A stretch of DNA of 64,000 bases, from positions 8,501,100-8,565,099 of the forward strand of contig CM082593.2 of the NCBI GenBank assembly GCA_040954595.2, in the 5' to 3' direction. Position 1 is the stretch's first letter; each line of letters starts with the position of its first letter. The translations under genes and the position numbers were made by a program. Below the pieces are notes generated by a model. That model saw only the letters and a program-made list of their open reading frames with translations, was not told where the DNA came from and ran no database searches. Below are positions 1-10,216 of this stretch, in pieces. The DNA comes from Balanoglossus misakiensis (Eukaryota > Animalia > Hemichordata).

Positions 1-245
1 ATATAAAGTGCACTAGGCAGTTCAATTTTTCCCTTCTCGTACATCATTGTTAATGCCGTCGCTGTAGCTTCTTCAATTTGAATATTTACATCTGTAAATA
101 ATTCCCCTAGAGTCACCTGCAATATACAAAGAATACAAAGCATAAATTTTATTGACACTGAAGAAAATACTGAATCCAGCAGAAGAAAATTGCAGCCTTG
201 CCATAGAAAACAATGGGTTTGGACTGGACCATAGTTATGAAAGGG

Positions 246-720
246 TTAAAGGGACAATGTCTCTCTCTGGCTGCCCTTTTTCCATTAATTATGTTTGATA
301 CACGACACCCTTTATGTTAATGTACATGTGTATATGTAGTGAAAGAACATTCAATCACACACAACTTCCATCCCGTTTGTAGGATATGAGAGTAAAAATC
401 TCGCCAAAGTGAATAAACGGTAGAGACTAATTATTCATTTTAGCAAGCTTTTTCACTCTCGTGTCTACAGGCTAGATGGAAGGTGTGTGTGGTTGAACGT
501 TGATTCACTACATATCCACATATCCATTAACATAAAAGATGTCTTGTGTCAAACTTAATTAATGGAAAAAGGGCAGCGAGAGAGAGACTTTGTCCTGGGA
601 GTTGTGTGTGGTCGAACGTTGATTCACTACATATCCACATGTACATTAACATTAAAAGTGTCTTGTGTCAAACTTAATTAATGGGAAAAGGGCAGCGAGA
701 GAGAGACTTTGTCCCTTTAA
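246..720. mobile_element. Kolobok-like non-autonomous DNA transposon (family A), right arm locally duplicated
   Basis: TTAA-AGGGACAA...TTGTCCCT-TTAA termini with long inverted arms. The right arm (~485-597) is repeated at ~598-720. Same family at 7868 and 14824. TTAA TSD with RR..YY ends is the Kolobok signature. Confidence 0.75.
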
Positions 721-1086
721 ATGTAGACTTACTTGTCCCTGATTTGTAGAACACGTCAGAGTTGTTGCTGGATATTTACAATCGAATCCTTGACGATGCA
801 GCAATAAAAGAGCGCCCTCTCCAGGCACAGACTCGCCTTCTCTCATATTGTGCAGATATCGTAGATTCAGCACGTGTAGGTCGCACGATAAATCCTGCGT
901 TAGCGGTTTAAATTTGTTGACGATGTCCGCGTCAGTCACCGTTGGTAGCGTTATCAGCGGGTGGTTGAGTGTCTGGCTCACTGTGTTACTGAGGAGCGAG
1001 GGGTATCCTGTGGGAAGTGTTGACGTCTGCCAAATAAGGAAACAAACTCATTAGTATTCATGTAACTGGGGGTATTAGCTCGCTCG

Positions 1087-1183
1087 GATTGGTTCAGGGT
1101 GATCATGTGATCACACTTGCATACTTCATGCCATTGGTTCAGGGTGATCATGTGATTGCATTTTCATACTTCATGCATTGGTT
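1087..1183. repeat. ~45-bp minisatellite, about 2 copies, interrupted by transposon insertions
   Basis: ATTGGTTCAGGGTGATCATGTGAT... is repeated; related ATTGGTTCA copies resume at 1611 and ~1949. Confidence 0.6.
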
Positions 1184-1610
1184 TAGTCTCGGTTACCCAG
1201 AGCCCTCTGCTTCTTCCGTTAGGCACTCCAGAAAGAGGGTCTGGGGAAACCCGGTAGACAAATCGCCAGGCGGAATCGGGACAGCTGCGATGCATGACGG
1301 GGAGATTAATATTCCAAAATGGCGACGTCCTGTGCGCGAACCCACGGCCGACATGTATGACATACGATAAAGAAAACATGCTGAGAAGTGCTAGACCTGC
1401 TAAAACTGTATACAAATTGAAAAGAGAGAGAGAAGTTTGGTAAATAGTTTTCTAATATCGTCATATCATAATATCGTATCGAATATTAATCTCCCGTCAT
1501 GCATCGCAGCTGTCCCGATTCCGCCTGGTGATTTGTCTACCGGGTTTCCCCATACCCTCTTTCTGGAGTGCCTAACGGAAGAAGCAGAGGGCTCTGGGTA
1601 ACCGAGACTA
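1184..1610. mobile_element. Palindromic non-autonomous DNA transposon with TAG...CTA ends and 9-bp TSD (AcademH-like; Mutator-like is the alternative)
   Basis: TAGTCTCGGTTACCCAGAGCCC...GGGCTCTGGGTAACCGAGACTA with near-perfect ~135-bp inverted arms. TSD GCATTGGTT at 1175-1183 and 1611-1619. Confidence 0.85.
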
Positions 1611-1632
1611 GCATTGGTTCACATTTGTATAC

Positions 1633-1932
1633 TTAAAGCAGGTAGCTCGTCTCACGCGCATGCGCGTAATTTCCCAGCAAATTTTCTGTTCAATGCATTC
1701 AAATAGTGGACTGCCTTCGCTTCCTTCCATATTTCATGCGCACTGTATAAGTAGATTCTGGTTTTGTCCCTCCCTTTCACCCTTTCACCCAAACTGGTGT
1801 CTTTTCCTGATCTCAGATTATGATCGCTGCCATCTTCTCAGAGCACTGCCTTATGGGATTGACTGTATACTAAACGTCTGTAACCAGCGGCTACAGTTGG
1901 AACATGCGTGTGAGACGAGCTACACGCTTTAA
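1633..1932. mobile_element. Kolobok-like MITE
   Basis: TTAA-AGCAGGTAGCTCGTCTCACGCGCATG...CATGCGTGTGAGACGAGCTACACGCT-TTAA terminal inverted repeats. Confidence 0.75.
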
Positions 1933-2579
1933 TGCAGGGTTGAAAAGGATTGGTTCAGATATGATCAGCTTTTCCCTTTATACACACGTAGTATGGATTT
2001 CCTTCTTAATTGAAATGATCTTTTGACTTACTGTTTTTTCAGCATCTGCATTTCTTCTTTCAAGTAGAAGTCTGAATACATTTGGTGTTCTTTTACTCTG
2101 TTATCATCTTGTTCTAGTTTTCTGTCCAGGAATACATCCAACCAACCTAAACATGGAGGAAGGAAGGAAGGAAGGAAGAACGAAAGAAAGAAAAATATGG
2201 CATTATAATATCAGAATATGCGACTTCACACTGGTGCCACGTTATAACAAACAAGTTTCAAGACGAGTTTATTACAGAAAGCAAATCGTTCTTCACACAA
2301 AACAAGACAATGGTGGTAAGTGATAGTTTTACTAAGAAAAGCTATTTTGATATTCAGTATGACTTCTGGCTTGCAAGCTAGCTGCTCGGAGTGGCTGATG
2401 TCTATGTAATGCAAAAGCTATTTTGATAATTGGTTTGATTTGCCAACTTTCAAGCTAGCTACACACAGTAGCTGAGCTCTATGTAACACAAATGCTATTT
2501 TGATAAAATGACTTACCAACTTGCAAACCAGCTACACCAAGTGACTGTGCTGTATGCGATGTAAATCTTGACGTCTGGT

Positions 2580-2670
2580 TGTAGGATATTAGAGTACTTC
2601 AATAAACCAAAGGAACCATTCATATATATACAACTACGCTCGTCTGGATTATCTATTGAAGAGTGTAACA
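2580..2670 (+). mobile_element. 91-bp solo-LTR-like insertion inside a MAN2A exon
   Basis: TGT...ACA termini, internal AATAAA, and a 4-bp TSD TGGT (2576-2579, 2671-2674). Removing the insert and one TSD copy restores YIQD-QTSRFT. Confidence 0.7.
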
Positions 2671-3178
2671 TGGTCTTGTATGTATGACATAGTAGGCATT
2701 GGATATACATTAGCTTGCAGTGGTAGTTTGGATAATGTCTGTCGCCTTTGGATCTGATGATTCACAAATCATAGACAAGAAAAAATTTAAATATATCTGA
2801 CATACAAGGGATTTCATTTACATGGTAAATGGCTAGAGTAAACTGAGATTGTTATGCTGAAGTCGGCGTCTGGTTACGTTCATTTTGATCATTCGAACTG
2901 ATTTAGAGCTATCCAGCTGCGGGCCGGGTAACTTCAGTTGACACCAGACGCGTCGTGTTGACCTCTTGACCCCCAGTGGCGTGTTAACGTGTCTAACATA
3001 GCGTGACCGTAGCCATATTTACGTGCAGGCGATGTCATACTCGTTATCTTTATGATCGGAGTTCTTCCACAAATCATGCCAGGTCTGTTTATTCCCGCCC
3101 GGACTCCCGCCCTGAAAAACTTTCCTATAGGCCCCTACTTTGGCAAGGCAGCATTACCGCGTTTATAGCACCGACTTA

Positions 3179-3691
3179 TTAAAGGCACGTAAGCTGTAAC
3201 TTTTGGGATAATTTTCATAATTTTTGTTTCACACTGCACTACCATTAGTCCATGCAGATGAAGGCAGTGAACTATTCACAAGCATTATAAACCCTAAATA
3301 TGAGTGCATATGCAAGTTTTAACCAGATAAATAATAAAGCTTTGCCGCAAGCGATTATGGCCGCCACCGTGGGAAAATGAAAGAAACAATGAAAATGTCG
3401 CATTTCCGGCTGTGAAACTTCATAAACAAAACATGATCTCATCCACTTGAGCTCATGGAAGTAAATGTACACCACTGAGACATCAGATTTTCATTTTTCA
3501 TTGCAATATTGCACTTTTTTTAAAAATTTCAGGAATTTTTGTTTTTCTTTAATTTTTGACCATTTTGTCATAAATAAGTGTTGAGCTTGATATATTATCA
3601 TGAAATATCATTTAATAGATATAATTAAAAGCATATATGAGATTATTTAAAACTTTAATTTTTTATCCAGTTGCAGCTTACGTGCCTTTAA
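3179..3691. mobile_element. Kolobok-like MITE
   Basis: TTAA-AGGCACGTAAGCTGTAACT...AGTTGCAGCTTACGTGCCT-TTAA. Confidence 0.78.
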
Positions 3692-3964
3692 GGCATTATC
3701 CTACATATGTCGAGATGACCCTCGCTCGAGATTTTGCCCGGTATTCCTACTGGATGTTGGTACACAGGGGCCTGTCCCTCCGCGATTTTGTTTGTTTGTT
3801 GTTGTTGTTGATGATTTTTGGCATAATAAACAAATACATATTTCTTTATTAATAAATATGGTTTGTTGACATGTAAGGGTTAGGGTATATTCGACAGGTT
3901 AGGGTATTATCAACGGTTAGGATTTGTGTTGGCATTTTTTTCGATCCACGGCCCCGGGCATATC

Positions 3965-4356
3965 CAGTGTTCGAAATTCATAGGAAATATCAACCAGTCA
4001 CCAGGACTGGCAACTTCAAAAAGTTGCCAGTCCTGCCAAAAACTTACCAGTCCTGAAATTATGCCTTACAATTAAATGTAAATGTAAATCAAATACAACT
4101 GTGAACAATTGAAGATGGGATGGAATCATATTTCTCTTAACATTACTTTGATTTGATAATTTTCAAGCTTTTACATCATTGTTTCTTTTATTTGCAATAC
4201 ATGAACTGGGGAAAGTCTAAAAGATGCCATGATACCATTGGTCAACTCCCATGCTTAATTCAACCTGTCTGTCGGACTGGTAACATTTTATTTTTACCAG
4301 TCCTACAGAAAAACAACCAGTCTCGGACTGTCGGACAGGCTTTATTTCGTACACTG
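3965..4356. mobile_element. hAT-like MITE nested in the foldback element
   Basis: TIR CAGTGTTCGAAAT...ATTTCGTACACTG, flanking direct repeat GCATATC (3958-3964, 4357-4363), subterminal ACCAGTCC motifs. Confidence 0.72.
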
Positions 4357-4513
4357 GCATATCACTAAGCCTCTTTATGGCTTAGTGATATGTCCGGGCC
4401 CGTGGATCGAAAAAATCCCAACACTAACCCTAACCTGTCGAATATACCCTAACCCTTACATGTCAACAAACCATATTTATTAATAAAGAAATATGTTTTT
4501 GTTTATTATGCCA

Positions 4514-4517
<4 letters not shown>

Positions 4518-4574
<57 letters not shown>

Positions 4575-4610
4575 ACAACAACAACAACAACAACAACAAA
4601 CAAACAAACA
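4518..4610. repeat. (CAT)n(CAA)n(CAAA)n compound microsatellite
   Basis: Directly visible; it is an expanded version of the short TTG/ATG run in the left arm (3788-3813). Confidence 0.95.
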
Positions 4611-5589
4611 AGGTTTTACCTAAATAATGCAGTCTCATGTAGAGGCACATGGACTAAATATCATGCATCGGTCCATAGCAACAGAGAAGCCCTTACATAT
4701 CTGACTAAATTTAAAGTATCCATCATTTCTCAACACACGCGACAATGATCAGAATAATTTTATCAGTACGTGTTTATATATGTAAATGATATGTTTATCA
4801 ATAGGATAGGAAACGAGTGATATGCGTATAGTCTCAGCACATGCAGCATAGCGAAACAATGAGAGTATCATAAAATTTTGTTTCAAAATGAATTTTTAAA
4901 TAATAACACCCAATAACTTAAATTTGTTTCTCTGTACACGAATCTGAGCTGACAGGAACTCCAAGTGTCGGGATATGACATGAATGTTTCACAATGGAAA
5001 GTTGAACTGAATTAGCTATGTTTGAACATAGACCCTTCTCCAGGGTCTATTAAGTTGGTATTTGAAAATGTTGCAAATAGCCAGCCGGCCAGTTTACGTC
5101 GTGATCACTATTAAAACGTTAGTTCTTGGACCACTGTTCAATCTCTTTACGATGTCTACGCGATACAAATGAGTGAAACGCCACCAATTAAAAAAAATCA
5201 ACCACAAAAATGATTGGATATTCGGCATGCTATTTTATAATCGTAACGTCAAAGCTATCATCATTGGAACACGTCACCAATACTCCACGGTGAAACAGGC
5301 TACCACAAATTTAGCATATGGCGGGAAGACGTATGTATGCTGTGCACAGCGAGGGAGACAGCGTGTCTTCATCAGAAGACGTAAAAGACTTGAGCTGAAT
5401 TTAACACCCCCGAATAATTTCCTATTTGCGTAAGAAGGGAAGGCATTACTTTGATTTATGCCCCCAAAATATGTTCTTTGAGCCCAGTCGTTTAGTTTTT
5501 GCAGATTAAAATTAGCATAATGGACGAGTGGTTATAACCAGTCTACATCATATGTGAGATCCCGTCTTTGAACGTTTCTACTGACTTAC

Positions 5590-5665
5590 GCGGATATTGA
5601 TATGCCAACTGGTCGTTGGCTAGATAAAAGGCACATTCGCCGCGTTCGCGATTAACCCACGCCAT
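5590..5665 (-). other. Possible orphan first exon in CpG-rich, promoter-like DNA
   Basis: Minus strand AAAATGGCG (YY1-like start context), 76 nt open (MAWVNRERGECAFYLANDQLAYQYP), then a strong GTAAGT donor. 5590-6100 is CpG-rich. Confidence 0.35.
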
Positions 5666-7135
5666 TTTCTCGGTTTTTACCGTTCCCGTGAGAATAATAT
5701 CGCTGAAACTCGCTCATCAATTTTCCCGAAAGGAAACCGTCCTATTTTTGGCGCGCTTCCAAGTAAGCAACTTTACTTTAAATATTCATAAATATTCAAA
5801 GGCGCGTTTTCCTTCCCACATCACGTTTTCTGGAGCACGTCATCTTCAGTGTTTGCGTTTAGTGTTCGTCTTTTCAAATTGCCGGATTCGTGGCGCTGAA
5901 CCTATTCTGTATAATTCATGTGCCTACAAACGCCAGGAGTCTCGTTGCCTCTGATATTTCCACGTCCTTTCAAAATGCACACCATCTCCAAAGTCGTTAC
6001 TCACCCATTGCACGATGCTTTGAACGCAACTCGTCGCCGTCATCGTTCCATCATGTACCTAGTATATCTGCCGGCTACTGCCACCCTGTGTCACCATCGC
6101 TCTGTATCATGTGCATGTCATCTCCAGCCTTCGAGATATTTTCAAGATAGTCAACACGGTCAAGCTTTCTCGATGCTGTCTTAAAATTCTCCAAATATCT
6201 TGTAACTGGTCAAGTCGCACATTAACATTTATGATTACACACCATCATTTCTCATTAACAGCACCTACGAAATAACTGTCTAATTTGGAGGGGAAAGAGA
6301 TTCATTCATCATGTTCATACGCACATACACAAACATACATAGATACATACATGAAACAATATCAGACTGCAAGGCTATATTAAAAGCTCAAAATGGAACA
6401 CTGCGTAGCAGGACTTTGATGTTACCGGTTGCGCCTCCATCCCTGCCCCGACGCGACGGACCTCGTAAAGTTTGGAAGACGCAGTACCCAAACAAAAGTT
6501 AAAATTTGAGAACAATCTTAACGCTGGTGGCGCTTTATTAATCGCGACTTATACTTGAAGACGGACATATGCATTGTGGGAACAGAGCATGCACCAGAGG
6601 AAGTCATGGGTACTTGGGGGTCACTGCACATCAGAGTCAAGATGGTCACTATTCTCTGCGTTAACTCTATGGGAGACAAATCAAACTGTAATGATTTTTA
6701 TGAAAATATGACTGTTGAACACAACTTATTTTCTCCGTGTCGCATAAGGTGATTGACTTGAACGACATCAGAGTCAAAACCATGTGGTGACCTCGTTGCC
6801 GTGACATTGCATTTTGAGTTTTATTGACATGCAGGTCTCCAAAATCCAAGAGTTGACTGCATGGCCAGACCCTTGTGTGTGAGTCTATCTAAAAAACACT
6901 GGGTATGGAGACCAGGCTACAGAACAGCCAAAGCCGAGAGAACAGAATAGCCAAAACTATCACCAGCGCCTAATTCTACATCTGATATTTAATCAGACTG
7001 AGGTCATATTCCATATAAACTCACCAAAATGAGTAAATTAGGAAGAGCATTTTAATCTAACTTTATTGATACAACATATTTTACAACGTACATATATATA
7101 ATCAACACACCTGAGTTTTGCTTCACAGTGTTGAA

Positions 7136-7533
7136 TAGCCCGGAGACCAGGGCGTCAGGGAAAAGAAACGCCCGGGGACAGTCTCTATTTACGCACCGAA
7201 TTCTGTGCGCAGAACGACACGGGTGGTAAATCTTGTGTGTAAGCTAATTGGTCACTCAATGTAAACCAAATGACATCATCGCATTCTAAATAAGGAAATA
7301 GAGGTGGAGTCATGTGTGAAATTCCCGCGATGGGATGTGGGAGTGGTTTACCAAGCTTTGTTAATTATATCATCCAACCACTGGCGCCCGTCAACATTTG
7401 ATAGATCACTCGTTATCCATTCGTTACTAAGCGACCCTGATCGTTGCCAGGGCTACTATCTTTCAGCTCAGCAGGAAATTTCTCGACTGTCCCCGGGTGT
7501 TGTATTCTAGATCGACGCCTGGTCTCCGGGCTA
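7136..7533. mobile_element. Non-autonomous DNA transposon with TAG...CTA ends and 9-bp TSD (AcademH-like)
   Basis: TAGCCCGGAGACCAGG...CCTGGTCTCCGGGCTA; perfect TSD AGTGTTGAA at 7127-7135 and 7534-7542. Confidence 0.85.
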
Positions 7534-7867
7534 AGTGTTGAATGTGGGCTTCATCTTCTTGAAGTCCCTCAAACATCCAGTACTTCCAAATTATCAGTGA
7601 TTTGCTTGAAGAAATTTTAAGAAGTTATACTAAAATGGGACCTGTAGTCCCATGAATATCACAAATTTATTTTTTTCTCAGCAATTCACACGGACAATTT
7701 CGGAGTCTGAATTGTTCCTGTTTCTGTGGTTAATTCCATTTTTCGATGAATATTTGAATCCATGATTGATTGTTTATTGACAAAAGTGTATGACTGAAAT
7801 CTACCATTGTAAAAACAGCAAATATGAGAAAATAAAATAACAAGGCTTTTCTTTAACAATGATTCCA

Positions 7868-8204
7868 TTAAAGGGACAAAGTCTCTCTCTTGCTGCCCCT
7901 GTTCCATTAATTATGTTTGATACAAGACACTCTTTATGTTATTCTACATGTGGATATATAGTGAATCAACGTTCGACCACACACAACTTTCATCCTGTTT
8001 GTAGGATATGAGAGTAGACATCTCCCCAAAATGAATAAACGGTAGAGACTGATTATTTATTTTGGCGAGTTTTTTACTCTCGTGTCTACAAGTGGGATAG
8101 AAGTTGTGATTCACTATATATCCACATGTACATTGATATGACGTATGTATAAAACGTAGCTAATGGAAAAAGGGCAGCGAGAGAGAGAGACTTTGTCGCT
8201 TTAA
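7868..8204. mobile_element. Kolobok-like MITE family A, copy 2
   Basis: TTAAAGGGACAAAGTCTCTCTC...GAGAGAGACTTTGTCGCTTTAA; homologous to 246-720. Confidence 0.8.
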
Positions 8205-8519
8205 TTGTGCCAAAACCTACAAAATTAAAATATCAGCTTTTCAACACATTAAACTTAAACAGCTGCACAGCCATTAAAATCAATTAAGTCAGTAAAAGTA
8301 AGTCAGTCAAACTGAAATAAATTCTGAAGTACTCTATACATGGTCAGTTCTTCTATAAATGACAGTTTACAGTTACTTTGCTTTCTACACTTCTGAAACC
8401 ACAAAGATTGACTGTCATCAAATATAATTTAATACCATGTCATGTCATATAGAGTGAAATCTACCACTCTCCAAATACTATCCTGTGACCACACAGGATG
8501 AAACAGGTGAGGCCTGACA

Positions 8520-8935
8520 ACCAGTGTGCACTCTAAGCCCATATGACCCGCTTCCAACTCAACAAAATCACTGGTGACTCAAGAAAATTATGCATGCTAC
8601 ATGCAAAGGTATAGGGCGGACTCAGGGAAATTTCTAGAAAATCCTCAAATTGTCTCAAAGATTTTAAAAGTTATGCTGCTCCAAAGCTCTGGAACTCGCT
8701 GCTTAATGATATTCGACTAGCACCCAGTCAAGACTCTTTTAAGAGAAAACTGAAGACAAATTTTTTTGAAAAAGCCTACAGTGTGTGAACAACCATCAGA
8801 CGCCACTGAACAGAACTTCTGGATATTGGCGCCATATAAATTTGTTGATTGATTGATTGAAAAGTTATGTTTGTTAGAGGGCACACTGCCCGACGCTCAC
8901 ACTCAAAAATTGACAAGAGACAGTTTGAGTCAATG
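8520..8935. repeat. Dispersed repeat, also present inverted at ~28592-28762
   Basis: CCAGTGTGCACTCTAAGCCCATATGAC...TATAGGGCGGACTCAG and GTTAGAGGGCACACTG match the reverse complement of 28592-28762. Confidence 0.6.
8676..8859 (+). mobile_element. 5'-truncated L2/CR1-type LINE 3' end
   Basis: Translates (Y)AAPKLWNSLLNDIRLAPSQDSFKRKLKTNFF, typical of the L2/CR1 ORF2 C-terminus. It has a (TTGA)n tail and is flanked by direct repeat AAAAGTTATG (8666-8675, 8860-8869). Confidence 0.78.
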
Positions 8936-9325
8936 ACAAGTAAGAGTGCTTTTGCATTTCTATGTTGAAAAGGCAAGAGTTGTCGTTCCAGTCAGGGTCG
9001 AATGCATTCAGTTTCTTCTCATATTATTGGTTACAAACATGTATCCCACCATCAAATGATAAACTTTTTATCAATTAAAACTTAAAACTCAACACCGAAC
9101 TTACAAACTTGGTTTTCTATCCCCAAATTAACTCAATTTACCTGATGCAACTTCATTCCCCTGTCTTGTCTGATTGGTTTTCATGAACCGTTCATTTTTT
9201 TCATAAGTTTATAAGAAAATATTAAAACAAAAATATCACTGATTTTTATAAATTTAGTTATTTTTAAACATTTTACCAACCTCTTAGCAGATCAATTTAT
9301 GGACAAGTCACGTGCTTATGTCATG

Positions 9326-9518
9326 TTAAAGGTATACAGTCACCTATGCAAATTTAGCTACAGTTACCACGGAAAATTGAGATCTAGCCAATCATAGATT
9401 TTCAGTGGGTGGCACATGCAAAAATAAGAGCGCCACCATATGTTCTTTAGAACACTCATAAACGCCATTTCAGCCATATATGGGCATATGTAAATTGGCG
9501 GTGACAGTGTACCTTTAA
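9326..9518. mobile_element. Kolobok-like MITE (partial second copy at ~16890-17045)
   Basis: TTAA-AGGTATACAGTCACC...GGTGACAGTGTACCT-TTAA; internal AATTTAGCTACAGTTACCA..GAGATCTAGCCAATCA is shared with 16914-16960. Confidence 0.78.
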
Positions 9519-10216
9519 ACATACCAAAACCTCCCATGGTATTTAGGTTCAAAAATAAACTGTGTTTGCAAATGTCTTGTTCACTTGTTACCTACAGCTA
9601 TCACTATTATTATTCACAACATGCAGTGCAAGAAGAGCAATCATACAACCCCCCCCCCCAAATTTTCACAATACAAAAATACTCAATATTCAAAGGTTGT
9701 TATATTCAATCCATTCTTACTCACCAAGTGTTTAGCTTTACAGAACATACACAGTTTTCATAGGATCTGTAGCTTCAATAAAATCTCTAAATAATACTTT
9801 CGTCTAGGATCACTGATTGTGTCAACACAGTAGATTTTTTTGCATAAGGTTTCACAATCAAGGAACAAGACACATTGTTAATTTCAGGTTTTCAACATAA
9901 CTTGACAATATTTTTGGTATACAAATGACGATGGCCCTTGGGAAGAATGATTAAGGGGTTGAATGATTATCGAATAAACACGGTTTTATGTACATTCTTG
10001 GAGTTTGGTAAAATTTGGACAGCATGAAATCTCAGTAAGCATTGCATTTGAGTCGATCCCTTCAGGGTAACTATTGTATACCACAGAGTGTAGTTCAATG
10101 ACACTGATATCCTAAATTCAGCAATGTATCCAGTTCTATGATTCCCAAACTTAATGGTATAGAATATAGGATTGCTTTGTTCTGTACGTATATTACAAAA
10201 TACAACTTGTTCACTC

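Larger units (their letters stand above)
1..2753 (-). pseudogene. MAN2A: 3' fragment (4 exons) of a Golgi alpha-mannosidase II (MAN2A1/MAN2A2-like, GH38 C-terminal region), disrupted
   Basis: GT-AG-flanked exons 2753-2517, 2146-2032, 1026-733 and 116-<1 translate as [39 protein letters not shown] / GWLDVFLDRKLEQDDNR..KRTPNVFRLLLERR / GYPSLLSNTVSQTLNHP..LSCDLHVLNLR..ALLLLHRQGFDC..CSTNQGQ / VTLGELF. This matches the MAN2A C-terminus ([52 protein letters not shown]). A 91-bp insertion with in-frame stops sits in the first exon and a frameshifting deletion in the second. No catalytic-domain exons were seen upstream. Confidence 0.88.
3788..4610. mobile_element. Long palindromic (foldback) element hosting a nested insertion
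   Basis: Left arm GATTTTTGGCATAATAAACAAA...AGGGTTAGGGT...CGATCCACGG is mirrored at 4385-4520. The hairpin centre is CACTAAGC-CTCTTTATG-GCTTAGTG. Confidence 0.7.

Noticed and set aside
652-732. C-terminal extension of ORF 652-981
   Set aside because: Read-through past the GTAAGT donor at 732 into a MITE.
3876-3925. TTAGGG telomere-like motifs
   Set aside because: Only isolated copies within the foldback element arms; not an interstitial telomere array.
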